From: Lama glama
Lineage: Eukaryota
Assembly: GCA_028534125.1 (NCBI GenBank)
Contig: CM052816.1
Location: 71,488,001-71,552,000, forward strand
Direction of reading: 5' to 3'
Length of the DNA stretch: 64,000 nucleotides
Shown: positions 36,539 through 49,130 of the stretch, piece by piece
Numbering within the stretch: position 1 is the stretch's first letter
Layout of the letters: each line of letters begins with the position of its first letter
Program-made: the position numbers and the translations under genes
Notes under the pieces: generated by a model
Database searches by the model: none
What the model saw: only the letters and a program-made list of their open reading frames with translations
What the model was told of the DNA's origin: nothing

Positions 36539-39204
36539 ACATGTGTGTCATTTGTAACTATTATTATACATGCATACAATCTACTGGACAGTCAAGCACA
36601 TTCAATATTAACACATCCATATTCAGTATTAAACATTCAATACTAACACACACTATATATTTGCAAGTCAGTAATTTTACTATTTTACACCAGTACCCTC
36701 AATAAAATATCTCAGAGCTCAATTCTTCTATTAGACTGTGTCTACCAGGTTTTTAAAAATATCAGTCAGCTTACCAAATTAAAGATAAAGGGAAAGAGCA
36801 AAGAAAATCAGTCAATACTTTGAAGAAAAAAAGCCTCAAGGTTGTCATAATAATTTATTTATAACTGAATTCTATGCTTTCTCAGTGTTTTGTGGGCTTT
36901 ACCTTCACATATAAAGATGAAGTTCTTATCAAGGATGATACCTGCATGGATTTTAAATGTAATGTCAGCATTTCATGGCCAAATGTATGCTCTGGAAGAA
37001 ACAACTTTGTCCCAGAACTTTATTCTATATTAGTAACATTTTCTACATAATCTGTATTCTACAAATAATCTATACTTCCTTTGGTGGTGATTATAAATCT
37101 AAAAAGAGTAAAAGTGGTGAGTTAGGATAAAATGGCAGCAATGTAAAGGGTGCTACATGAAATAATAAGTTTACTGCATCTGCACTGTGCAGTGTAATTA
37201 TATTTATGTTCTAAACTTGTTAGAAAATGCTAATTGCAAAAATTAAGGCACAGACTCAAAATATGATTGTTCACAGATATTTCTTGTCGTTTGCAGTTTC
37301 CCGGGTATTTCATAGGATGTTACTTTTGAACAGGTTAAATGTAGTATCTAATTACTAACTGCTAAGCTTTATGTTTATAAAATATAATATTTAATTTTTC
37401 CAATTGAACAAGAAAAGTGGTTATCTACATGTAAAAAGCAAGGTGATTGAGTTAGAACAGGCTCACTAGTTCTGTAGAAAATCAGCAAAAATCAAATAAA
37501 ACATCTGAAAAAAAAGGGAATCCTCCAAAGAAGGCTGTGTTTATATGAAATCCCCTTTCTTGTTCTCTTGAATATTGATATAAACATATATGTTCTCTAG
37601 GAAAAACAAGCTTTCCTTTAAACGAGGGAAAGACACTTTTCTTTACTCAAAGCCCTACAAAACTTCTCAATAAAATACTTCCATAGGCTGAATATTTTCT
37701 TTCACTCTGTGGTCATACAACATGCAAGCCTTTCCCAAAAATGAGTGACGTCAACTTTCTCTTATGTAGTGACTGGGGGAATATAGAGGAAGGAATAAGG
37801 AATAGCGTTCCAAAAAAACGAAATTTGTTTTATAAAATATCAGTAGACTTCAACTGGGAATTATTTAATAGCTTAAATTTTGAACATATCTCAAGGAGAC
37901 GATTTTCGCCACTCCGTCGGAGCCTTGGCCTCAGTCTGCCATGTTTTGGGCTGACGTGTCTATTCGGTGGTGATAAACCTCAGCATGTCACCATCATTTC
38001 ATTTAGCAGTTAACAAACAAACTCTGGGGGGTAGAAATTTCATCAACGTCTCTTTTCTATATTGCACACAATATTTTCTTTCTTAAGAACAACTGACTGA
38101 TTTGTAATAATCTGTTTTGACAGTAGTTACACAGAAATACTGTGTTAAATATTTTTAGTCATGAGGGAGTATGGACATATGGATATAGTTGTGTGGGTCT
38201 TGTCTAATTATATGCATTATACGATTTACTATTGTTGGGGACCATCTTCCATTCATTTAATAATGCTTTTGCAAATTGGCAGATAGCAGTTGGGCTAAAA
38301 GACATGCAGGATATTTGCAATGAAAAAGGAAAAAAAAAACCTCCTCTGCCTTTCTCTTGTGTAGAGCAATTTGTCAAGTAATTAGCCAACCTAATTAAAT
38401 TTTTGTAGCACTAATCAAACGAATATGCTAAAATTTTCTTTGCACAGCCAGTTTGCTGTCTGCTTGCATTTAACTTGATGGTTTGAAAGGGGCCCTACTC
38501 AGTCTGCCACTCCACTTAATAACCTAATTTGCATTTTATATTGGTAAATCAAATTAAGCACCAGTGGCTTTTAGTATGATTGACTGTGGTCAGGCCTGTT
38601 CAGATGGGACTTTTTCACAGAAAATTAGGCACATTTTAATATGACTGAGGCTGTGCTTTCTGTGTTCAGCAGACTGCATTCACTCAGCTAATTAAAAGTG
38701 CTTCCCCACCCCCATCCCACCCCGCCATATATGATAGATTTACCCAGCTGGTGTGTCCATTTTCTTTTGTACAATTTCTTGATGGAAGTTTTTATTCCTA
38801 AATATAATAAGATTGTCTAAGCAACACTTCAAACCAATTTGCATGAAACATATAAACAATACTTTGTTAGAAAATAATTACTTTGAGAGGTGGGTGCATC
38901 TGTGTGTAAATACAGGTCCATGTGAGGCTTGCCGGTTTTAGCTTATCAGCAGAGCAGCTTCAAACTTAGAAAATTTTCAGTGATTGGTATATTAACAGTG
39001 ACCAATGCTGAGGGATCATACCTAATGTCATATAAAGGCAGATTCCCACTTTGTTTTTGTTACTGTTGAAAGACAACTACTCACATTCTAGTGAGAAAAA
39101 AAGATAACATAAATACAAGCTTTAAAACCTCTTCTTATCCAATTAAAGCAAGATCCATTCTTTAGTCAGAGTTAATAAGATATCTTATCATTAATGAGTA
39201 TTAT

Positions 39205-39320
39205 TTATAGTCTATAAATAGGGAAAATAAGACACCGAGATTAAGTGACTTACCCATTAATACAAGCAGATCTGAGATTTGATTCCAGTTTTCTTGACTT
39301 TCAATTTGTGCTTTTTCCAA
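39205..39320 (-). mobile_element. MIR fragment
   Basis: GGAAAATAAGACACCGAGATTAAGTGACTTACCCA...GAGATTTGATTCCAGTTTTCTTGACTTTCAA. Confidence 0.75.
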
Positions 39321-41067
39321 TTTATCTGTCTTTTGCATGTATTCCAATACCAATAACTTTTTTTCCTAAACGACATTTACTCCATTAGAAAAAGTACAAA
39401 TTCCCTTGGAATTTTTGACTCTATAATACTGAATTAAATAATTCTTTCCACATATTCCTCACTATATAGTCTTTATTTGCAATAGTCAGGTTGTTAAGAA
39501 GCTAGTTTTAAGATTTTTTTATAGTAATATACTCTTGATCATGCTTTTAAGAATAGCAGCAACAAAAAGTTTTTTACAGCCTAAGCTTTTATTTGTCATA
39601 AGAGAGCACTTTAAAAATTGACAAAACTAATGGTCTAAACACCATATTAACTCGAGTCTTCAGCAGGTGAGTAAAAACTTCTTCAACATACTTGTGGAGC
39701 AATGTTCTTTAGTTTGGGACTTCTTTTTAGTCAATTATGCAGCCATCAGTAGTTTTGGAAAAGGACAGAAGAATGATGTACACATTAAATGTCCTGAGTT
39801 TAGGCAACAAGATTGTGCTTGGAAACCAAAAAGAAAAATGTGCTACGCTGTCTTACCTAAACTTGGACCCTGATTTTTCCTAGTAAGTTCAAGATAAGCA
39901 CACTGACTAATACCATGCTTCAACTATCTTAAAACTGATCATTAAGATCATTCTTTAATTAGAAAGAGAATTAAGTTTATGAAAAAGATGAAGTCAAACA
40001 TGGCAATAGCTAGAGGCACACTTGGGTTTTCTATTTTAATTAAGGTAATAGTGCATATGTTCTGAAATCTCACTTCAGTCCATTTTTTAAAAAGTCATAA
40101 TTCTGAAAGAAAATTCATGAAATTATGTGATGGCAATGCTTGGCCTAAAGGAAAGCCAAATTTCAAATTCCTTAGTTACTCAGATCTCCGGACGTGTTAA
40201 TTTCAAATGTGGTACCCACAGGCGCCACGTACTTTGCCCCAATGGTGAGGTTGTGGCCACTGGTTTTCTCAATGCATACAAGAGAGGACCTCCCCTTATT
40301 CACCTTTCAATGAAATACAGAGCTCTAACTCCTTTTTTCCTTCACATAGATGGTGTTTTATACCTTTTAACATTCTTATGGATTGCCAATTCAACATCTG
40401 TTTAAAATGTTTGGACCAAAATTGCATGTAACATTCAAAATTTCTGTGCATGAAAGAATGGATGACATATAATATTTTATGTCACAAATGCATTAAGATG
40501 CTATATCATTAATACGTTATAGCAATAAAATGTCAGTTTTTCTAGAGAAGCAGCCCTTCCATTTTTAAGGATTATCACACATACTGTTATTCTTTCTCTA
40601 GACTGTTGACATAAAATTGTACTTGGCATGCAAAAAAATCATTCATTAGCCATATAAATGTATTAATTCATTTCATTTCTTCATCAAAGATTTCCATATA
40701 TGTGTAACTATAATTCTTACATCTTAGAGTTGTTTTGACCTTAAATGAGATAAAGAGAAAATACACTTTAAGGTAACTAATATCTAAATAGATGAGAAAT
40801 GGTAGCAATTGTTTTGTCTGTCATTTGAGAGAGTCTAGACAATGGAGAAGATTAGTCTGAGGGGTCTCCAGTGGTCAGAGGAGGGTGATAGTTCAATTGG
40901 AGAACATTCTGATACGAGAATGTGTCACTCAAAGATGAACAAGGAAAACCAATTCAGTCATACATATTTCAGGGAAAACTTGCCCATTAATGTCTATTTT
41001 ATACATTTCCAGAATCATTTTTTTATTTCCTTTGTGTTCTAAACTATTAAAACTACTTAGTGTTTTG

Positions 41068-41175
41068 GTATTTACCTACCACAGATCAGGCACTACGTTA
41101 GATGATTTTGCATGCATTCCTTTGATCCTACTTCCTAGAGTTGTCATTATATTTCACAGACTCAAAGGCATGAAG
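41068..41175 (-). mobile_element. MIR 3' fragment
   Basis: CCTACCACAGATCAGGCACTACGTTAGATGATTTTGCATGCATT. Confidence 0.55.
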
Positions 41176-41204
41176 TCCTAGGAAATCCTAGCGTCCTTAC
41201 AACA

Positions 41205-43690
41205 CTGCTTTAATTGTATCCCCCAAATCTTGATATATTGAATTTTCATTGTCATTTCAGTTCAATGTATTTTTTATTCCCCTTTAGACTTCCTCTTCAC
41301 AGATTATTTAGAAATGTATTGTTTACTTTCCAAGTATTTGGAGATTTTCTTATGTTTCTGTTTTTGATTTTTATTTTTGATGTTTCTGTTTTTATTCCAT
41401 TGTGATTAGAGAACAAGCTTCGTATAATTTCAACCCTTTTAAATTTGTTGAGGTATGTTTTATGAATCAGTATAGGGTCTAGGTTGGTATAAGTTCCATG
41501 GGTACTCGAAAAGAGCATGTATTCTGCTGCTGTTGGGTGCAGTGTTCTATAGACGTTGATTAGATCCTGTCAGTTGATGGAGTTGCTGAGTTCTATATCC
41601 TTGCTGATTTTTCTCTCCAGTTGGACTACCAGTTATTGAGAGTGATATGGTGAAGTCTTTAGCTATGATTTAGTTAATTGATCAGTTCCTCCATTCAGTT
41701 CTATCAGTTTCTGCTTCATATATTTGCAGCTCTGCTGCTTGGTTCATAAACATTTGAAAGGCTATGTTTCCTTGGTGGATTTACCCTTTTATCATTACGT
41801 AATTTTTGTCTCTGGCTCTGGTAATTTTCTTAGCTTTGAAGTCTTCTTTATCTCATATTATATAGCTGCTCCTGCTTTATTTGATAATTTTTACATTATA
41901 TTATTTATTTTCTCATCTTTTCCCTTTCTACCTATATCATTATACTTAAAGTGCTCTTCCTGTAGGTAGCATAGGATTCTGTGATCTTTTCTTATCAACT
42001 CTGCCTATGTCTGTCTTTCAATATACTTTTAATGAACTTTATTTATATGTTAGTGCTTCAGTCTGCTATTTTACTTCTTGTTTTCTGTTTTTCCCTTCTT
42101 TTAAAATTTCTCTGTTTTATTACACCTGCTTTCCAGTGGGTCACTTGAAAATTTATTAGAATTCCATTTTGACTTACATATTCTGTTTTTGTCTTTGTAT
42201 AGCTTTGCTGTGATGCACACACACACACACACAGAGTATGTATATGCTCTACATACACTGAGAACCATGTCAGTGTTATAATTTTACCTCAACTATCCAA
42301 ATAATTTCAGAAACTTGGGAAGAGAAGAAAAGTTTACTGTATTTATGCATATTTTCGCTTTTTTCCTTATTCTTTCTTTCTCCTTAATGTTCCAGGATTC
42401 TTTCTTAGATTTCCTTTCTATTTAATGTGAAACTCTTAATCCATTTTTTAGGTTAAATTTAATTTGCTAGTTACAAATATCTTGGTTTTATTTCATCTGA
42501 GATTGTTTGATTTCCCCTTGATTCCTGAAGGATTTTTTTCTCTGAATATAGAATTCTTGGTTGACAGTTCTTTGCTTTAAGCACTTGAAAAATGTTGTAC
42601 CATATTCTTTTGGCTTCATGGTTTCTGACGAAAAATCTCTCATTAATTTTTCCTCTCCTGTAAGTAAGGGGTTGTTTTTCCCTTGCCACTTTCAAGATAT
42701 TTTCTATTTGATTAGTTTTCACAAATTTAATTGTGATGTGTCTTGGCATGGATTTCTTTTTATCCTACTTGGTGTTTGCTTGGTTCCTGGATCTGTAAAT
42801 TTGTGTCTTTTGACAAATTTGGGAAGTTTTCACCTATAATTTATTTGAAAAATTTTCAGCTCCACCCTCCTTATCTTCACTCTCAGGAACTTCACAGATA
42901 AGAATCTCTGATCTTGAGGAATAGTTCCACAAGTCCTTGAGGTTCTGTTTTTTGTTTTGTTTTGTTTTTTCCCAGTATGATTTTTCCCTGTTTAGGTTGA
43001 GTAATTTCTATTGCTCCATTTTCAAGTTCATTGGTTCTTCCCTCTGTCCCTTCCATTCTGTTACTTAGCCCACACACTGAGCTTTTTCTTTTGGTTTCTG
43101 TGCTTTTCAGTTCTAAAATTTCCATTTGGTTATTTATATTTTCAATTTCTTTGCTAAACTTTTCATTTTCTTATTTATTTCAAGCATATTTCTAAATGTT
43201 TGATAAAGCACTTTTATAATGGCTGCTTTAAAATCCTTCTTAGATTATTCTAATGTTTGTTTCAACTCAGTGTAGATATCTATTGGGTTTTCTCACTCAT
43301 TTGAGACAGTGATTTTTTATTCTAATCAGGACATTCAGGGTATGCTATGAATGTCTGGATCCGATGTAAGTATTTTTAGCAAGCCTCCTCTGACAATACT
43401 TTGGTAGAGAAAGCAAGGAATACCAGTGGATTAAGGAAGTCCAGGTTCCCCCTCAGCCTTCCTGGATACTTGGAATACTTCATGGATACTTGATAATTAC
43501 TGCTGGGTAGGAATGAGCTCTGATTCCCCAGGTGGCTTCCACTGACACCATAGGGGGGATGAACTCATGACCTCTGGATGGTGGTGAAAGTTCTGACTCT
43601 AGTAGCTCCATCTACCACTATACCAGGGAGGCAGGAGCCTTGTTACCTTCAGTTGGATATGGAAATCCAAGTACGGGAACCCTATGTTGT
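41205..43690 (-). mobile_element. L1M 5' half (5' UTR, ORF1, ORF2 endonuclease), pseudogenised
   Basis: Minus-strand ORF remnants: 41297-41518 FSSTHGTYTNLDPILIHKTYLNKFKRVEIIRSLFSNHNGIK (L1 endonuclease C-terminal region); 42471-42749 PRHITIKF...ILKVAREKQPLTYR...WYNIFQVLKAKNCQPRILY (ORF1p); 42892-43125 MEILELKST...SNRMEGTEGRTNELEN (ORF1p coiled coil). Confidence 0.93.
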
Positions 43691-44479
43691 CTCCTTGGCA
43701 ATACATCACAACCTCTTTTGGCATTAAAGGGAAAGATCTAGTCCTGAACTAAAGAATTCTTCATATTCCTGTACAAATGCCAATTATAAGCAAAAGACAG
43801 TAGAAAATTCTAACGTTTTGCTCTGTTGTTTATCTCTATGCCCCCCACTCAAGCTTGTAAGGCCAACTGCTCTTAGCAGAGCTTTACAAATATGAGCTAT
43901 ATGACTAATTGTGGAGTAGAAAAGCTACATACCTTGTCAAGGAATCGTAAGTTATAGCTGGCATATGGAGGAAATACTCTGAAAGGCAGTCTTCCTTGGT
44001 CCTCTGACATCATTCCCTGTGGAGAGTAAACAATTCTTGTAGTGAAACCATTCCACTTAGATATAATCCATGAATGACATGGACTCACTGTGAATTGTTC
44101 AATTAAAATATCTTTTGCACTTTTAAAACTAAAGAGCTCTATTTCTGAACTAATTACATTATGAGTTTACTATATAACTAAAAAATAAGTAGACTTTAGA
44201 GTGGTCCATACAACAAGAGACATTGACAAGAGGTAGATAATACAAAGAAACAGACGAAGGTAACATGAAAAAGGCAGAAGTCAATCAAGGGGATCACAGA
44301 GCTGAGAAATGTAAATGTTATAATGTGAACTGGGGAAGTAAAAGCATCACAGAGGAAAAGGTAAGAATCTCTGATTTCACCCAGAAGGAAATTTGAAGGC
44401 CTTGTTTTCGTTGTTGTTTTGTTTGCACTGCAGAAACACATCATCTTTGGTCTATATGAGATTCCCCTCTCGTCTTACT

Positions 44480-45660
44480 ATGTCTTCCTTCCTCAGTACT
44501 AAAGCTCATTCCCACTCTACACACATTCTATTTTTACTCACTGTAGATTCTGGGTAATATATATCTTGTTGAATCACATAATGCTGTTTAGTATGTGTGT
44601 GCACTTTAATTTCACATGTGGTATCAAGCTATCAATGTTTTTTTCTTTATATTTTTTCATCCCACACTGTATGACCTATTCATTTTGCTGTATGTATATC
44701 TAGTTCATTGATTGGAGCCCCATCATAATATCACATTGTTTGTATCTGCCTTCTTTTTACTTATCCATGCCCGGAGTGATAGATATCACTTTTGCTTATG
44801 TATCCTTCATACCACAAAAAAAATGCAAGAACTACCTAGGCAAAAATTTCTCTCAGGTAAATATCCAGTAGTGAAATCAGTGGATAATAGACTGTATGCA
44901 TACTTAATTTCATCAAAACCTGTAAAATGTATCTCAGGCAGAGTTACACCAGTTTACATTGTCATAGGCAGTGCACAAGAATTGTCTTCTCTCGTATCAT
45001 GGCCAGTATTAGTACTAACTTTCTAGCTCTCGATAATCAGAGGCCTGTAATATCTAATTTCTGTGTGAATTTACATTTATCTAATTAGTTGTACAATTAG
45101 TCATCTTTTCATATATTTGTGAGCCATTTGGATTCTCTTGCTTCTTCTCTGACAATTTTTATACTCAGTTTCTTGGGGTTTTTCTTACTGATTTGCATGA
45201 GTCATATTTTAGATATTAAATCTTTGTCAGTTTTAGAACAATGTCTGTTACAGTTTTAGAATACCAGCCTGTTACTCAAATTCTCAATGTTGCTCTTTTT
45301 TGAATAAAAGTCCTCAGTTTTGATGTGTTCAATTCCTCATTTTGGTCTCAGCTCACAAGAGCCAATTATCAAATTGTCAGGAGTCCTGCAACGAGTTTTT
45401 TTTAAAACACAGGCATCATTAAAAATTAAACTATACAAACTTAAGATTAAATTTATTAAAAACAAAGGTAATAAATACTCAAAACTCATCACTTTCAAAA
45501 AATCCTCATTTCTGCTTTATGGAATTTTTTAAATGTACATTCTAATTCTTTATAGTTTTACTTTTCACATTTATGTTTTTAATTTACATGAAGCATGCCT
45601 TTTTATATGGTCAACAAATTTATTTTTCCTATGTGAGTTAGCTGTCCCCAAATCATCACA
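44480..45660 (-). mobile_element. L1ME 3' UTR and ORF2 end, antisense
   Basis: TTTCTCTCAGGTAAATATCCAGTAGTGAAAT, TTACACCAGTTTACATTGTCATAGGCAGTGCACAAGA, CATCTTTTCATATATTTGTGAGCCATTTGG, TTATAGTTTTACTTTTCACATTTATG. Confidence 0.8.
45343..45495 (+). mobile_element. MER63/BLACKJACK hAT fragment inside the L1ME
   Basis: CAGCTCACAAGAGCCAATTATCAAATTGTCAGG...AAACACAGGCATCATTAAAAATTAAACTATACAAACTT...AAAAACAAAGGTAATAAATACTCAAAACTCATCACTT closely follows the recalled MER63 5' consensus. Confidence 0.8.
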
Positions 45661-48600
45661 TCCATTGCTTTAAATAAATGTTTTAATGGCACAATGAAAT
45701 ATTAAAATAGACAATTATGGAATGTTTTAGAAGCCAAAGGAAACTAACATATAAGAATGATTGTAGCAAATAAAGAAGGAAATGTACTTTATTATCATCT
45801 AGATTACTAGGTAGATAATTTTTGTTCTTTTCTAATTTACATGACTCCAGAAAAGATCATTACATCTTAGTTTTAAATGACAAAAATAGGTTTAAAAAAC
45901 AAAAGTTATTTTTAAATGATAAAATTGATAAAAATTATAAATGACAAAATGTAAGGTAAAGAGCAAATTTGGATAATTCAAGTAAAAAGATTTTTTTTTC
46001 AAATTCTCTATTGTCTGTATGTATTGTATTTAAGAGATCAATTTAGGACTTTACTTACTGAGATAATTACTTTGGTTCTTCATTTTATTTAACTTACATG
46101 GATGCAGACTCCAGGGAAGAGACTTCTATATTTCTATTTGAGTAAACTTTCTAATACCTCAAACTCATTAACTGAAGCTTAACATTTTACATCTAGCTCA
46201 ACTCCCCAGACATGTTTTAGCCTTGCTAATGGAGTTACTTACCTATATAGACCAAGTCTCAAAGTCAGAAAGTTTATAAGAATCAGAAACTTTAAATAAT
46301 AGGATCTTACTTTATATGTTATTGAGAGGAAACTGGTATAATTCAATATATAATCAGGTTTTAAAAAAGATTTTATCTGAAATATACAGTAGTGAGGAAA
46401 AAGTATTTTACTTCAATTAAACTGAATAATTGACTTCATTTTCCTCCCCACAGTTTAGACTTGTCCTAACACAAGAGAACAAATTTATGGCAATAGAATT
46501 TTGAGGGGGAAAAAAGCAAGACTTAAGAGATTTAAAGAATGTCATTAATTGAAATACTGCAATCCCAAAAGAGCTAATCTTTATGGAGACTGCATTTTTT
46601 TTTCTTCCATGACATAAGTTTAACAAATTTATTTCACTGCTTTAGGTATGAGAAAATCCTTCCTAAAGTTCAAAGTAAGCTCAATTTAGTCCTTAATAAA
46701 ACCCAAGTAGAATGTTGTCAATTAATAAACATGTTTCCATCATAGGGACACAGTGGAGAAGTCATAATATAAAATTTACCTTAGGTTCAAATAATTCACT
46801 TGCTTGACTCTGGGGTTCACTAGATGATTAACAATGATTTAACTATATAGTGTGTGGTCCTGTCTTAAAACTGTTTTTTAGATTTTTTTTTTACATTAAT
46901 AGTTTGTGAAGGAACTGAATTATTTCAATTTTCAAACTAGTGTTGTGAAACTATCATAATAATGTTTACTAAATAGCAATTGTATGATAGCACATTAATA
47001 AGGGGAGAAAAGAGGGAAAGAAAAGGTTTCATTGCCCTTAAAAGAATTTATAACCTAATGGTGGACAAACATGGAAATAATGGGAAAGAATGAGCAAAGG
47101 CGATGGAAAAAATAATTGCTAAAATTCTGTGTGGAATTAGCCAACTTGGGAACTGTAAATTAAAACATTTTAGTTGCAATGTCACTAATAAATGCTGCCA
47201 CAGCTCAGCTATGGATGATAGAGGGTCCAACCTTGGCTAGACCATGAAAGCACAAAAATCCACTACGAAGGCCATCTTTAAATTTTGTTCCATCAGCAAA
47301 GTCCATGGCTGAGTGGCCTACTGCTTCTGAAAACAAACAAACAAAAGAATTTAATGTATAAATTATCTGTGCCAGGGGGAAATGGTCTACCTAGTCCTTG
47401 TATTTCTAGGAGGAGGAAAATTCAATAGAGCTTGGAAATATAAGGCCTTAAGAAAGATCATCTACACAAGAAGGAGTTATTTATAATTGACTCTTAAAAG
47501 AGACTATTGGGTTGGAACTTGCTCATTTAATTCCTAGTGATATTGTGAGCCCCAGACATGAACTGTGATTTCACCTGCAAGCTCTCTAGATTTCAAGTAC
47601 TATCTCTCATTACCAATGCAAAACCTCTTCTCTCCATTGACTAATCTCTTTGAGTTACAGGTAAGGATGGGTTTCTCAGGATAGATCATTTCCACACTGG
47701 GAACTAATGAAATGCAGTTTTCACCAAGGAACACATTTTAGACACCATCCTAATGATTCTAAGTCTATACAAGCTAATCGTCAGATCACAGAGGAAATGA
47801 ACCATGGAATGAAAGAGATGACCAGGATCTACCCCTGTGATTTGGTTTCAATGAAGCCAACCCCTCAGCCTCTTCTAGGAGGCTTCTTATTCTCCTCTTC
47901 CCTCCCTACCTTCACATTTTTTTTTAAGGCTAGTATTTCTTTTATCTGCCGAGAGACCTCCCTACTGATATTTGGACCTACTAGACAGCCATAAATGGAC
48001 TTTGAGTAGTGCTAATTTCTGCCTCTGATTTGCCCTTCATTTTCAGTGTAACCATTTGATTGAAACTACCACTTCCTGAATGTCAGGTGTATCCATAATG
48101 AAAGCCTGTGTGACCCAGCTGGTCCTCCGTCCAGGTAGGAAGGTCATCCCTGTTCTCAAGGTGGATCAGTCACTTTATCAAAGAAAGCATCTCACCAGTG
48201 AAGAGACCACTATTGATGACCCCCTTCATAGAAATAAAAGCAGGTTATCTAAGTCATGTCCCAACTCTTATCTAAGTCTGGCTCCATGTATTGGATGAAA
48301 AGGGTGCTGTGTGCTATTTGTTGATTACCATGCAGATAGTGGAGGAAATTTATAAATATAAAATAGTTATCTTCCTTAATGAATTCTATTTAATTGGAAA
48401 CATAAGATTATAAACTATAAACTATCACATCTAGGCAGCCTCCTGCTAGGGTGGTCAGAGAAAGAGTAGTTTTTGAAAGTTTGTTAGGGGAAATGGTTCT
48501 TGAGGAAATAAGCAAGGGGACAATTTGCCAACAATAGGATGAGCTGTATAAATATAATGTGCTGTGAGGGCTCACAGTACTTTCTGGACTCTGGGGAACC

Positions 48601-48801
48601 AACAATTTTAGTTGTAGTGGCAGAAGTTTAGGGATGTTAGAAAGCAGAAATGAGTTTGTAAAAACTAGGCTGAGAATGTCATTAATATTACTAAAAATGT
48701 ATCAGCAATGAAGTGGTATGATCTCCAGAAGATTCTGTCTCCTGGTAATAAAAGAATCCATACATGGCAAATTTTTAAGCGAGGAGGAAGCTAGACTAGA
48801 G

Positions 48802-49023
48802 CAAGAATCTGCAAACTACAGCCAATAGCGAAATCCAGCCTACAGCTGGTTTTCATAAATAAAGTTTTATTGGAACCCAGCCACACTCATTCATTTATGT
48901 ACTGTCTTCGCTGCTTTCGGGCAACAATGGCAGAGTTGAGTAATTGCAACAGAGACCATATGGCCCACAAGACCTAAAATGTTTACTTTCTGGACTTCTA
49001 AAGAAAATGTTTTCCAAGCCCTG
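48802..49023 (+). mobile_element. MER58A hAT-Charlie MITE, essentially full length
   Basis: GCAAACTACAGCC...AAATAAAGTTTTATTGGAACCCAGCCACACTCATTCATTTATGTA...GGCAGAGTTGAGTAATTGCAACAGAGACCATATGGCCCACAA...CCTAAAATGTTTACTTTCTGG...CCCTG. Confidence 0.92.
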
Positions 49024-49059
49024 ACTAATGAGAAGAAAGCCAGTTTGGATATAGACTGT

Positions 49060-49130
49060 TGAATAGATGGATGGATGAATGAATGAGTGTATAAAAGATA
49101 TGATATATGATATGATATGACATGATATAG
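49060..49130. repeat. (GATG/GAAT)n and (GATAT)n simple repeats
   Basis: GATGGATGGATGAATGAATGAG followed by GATATGATATATGATATGATATGACATGATAT. Confidence 0.85.

Noticed and set aside
36598..36647. Three degenerate ACATTCAATATTAAC-like units
   Set aside because: Short AT-rich decayed minisatellite with no evidence of function.
41297..43125. Minus-strand ORFs with clear protein homology
   Set aside because: Fragmented L1 ORF1 and endonuclease remnants, not a host gene or an active element.
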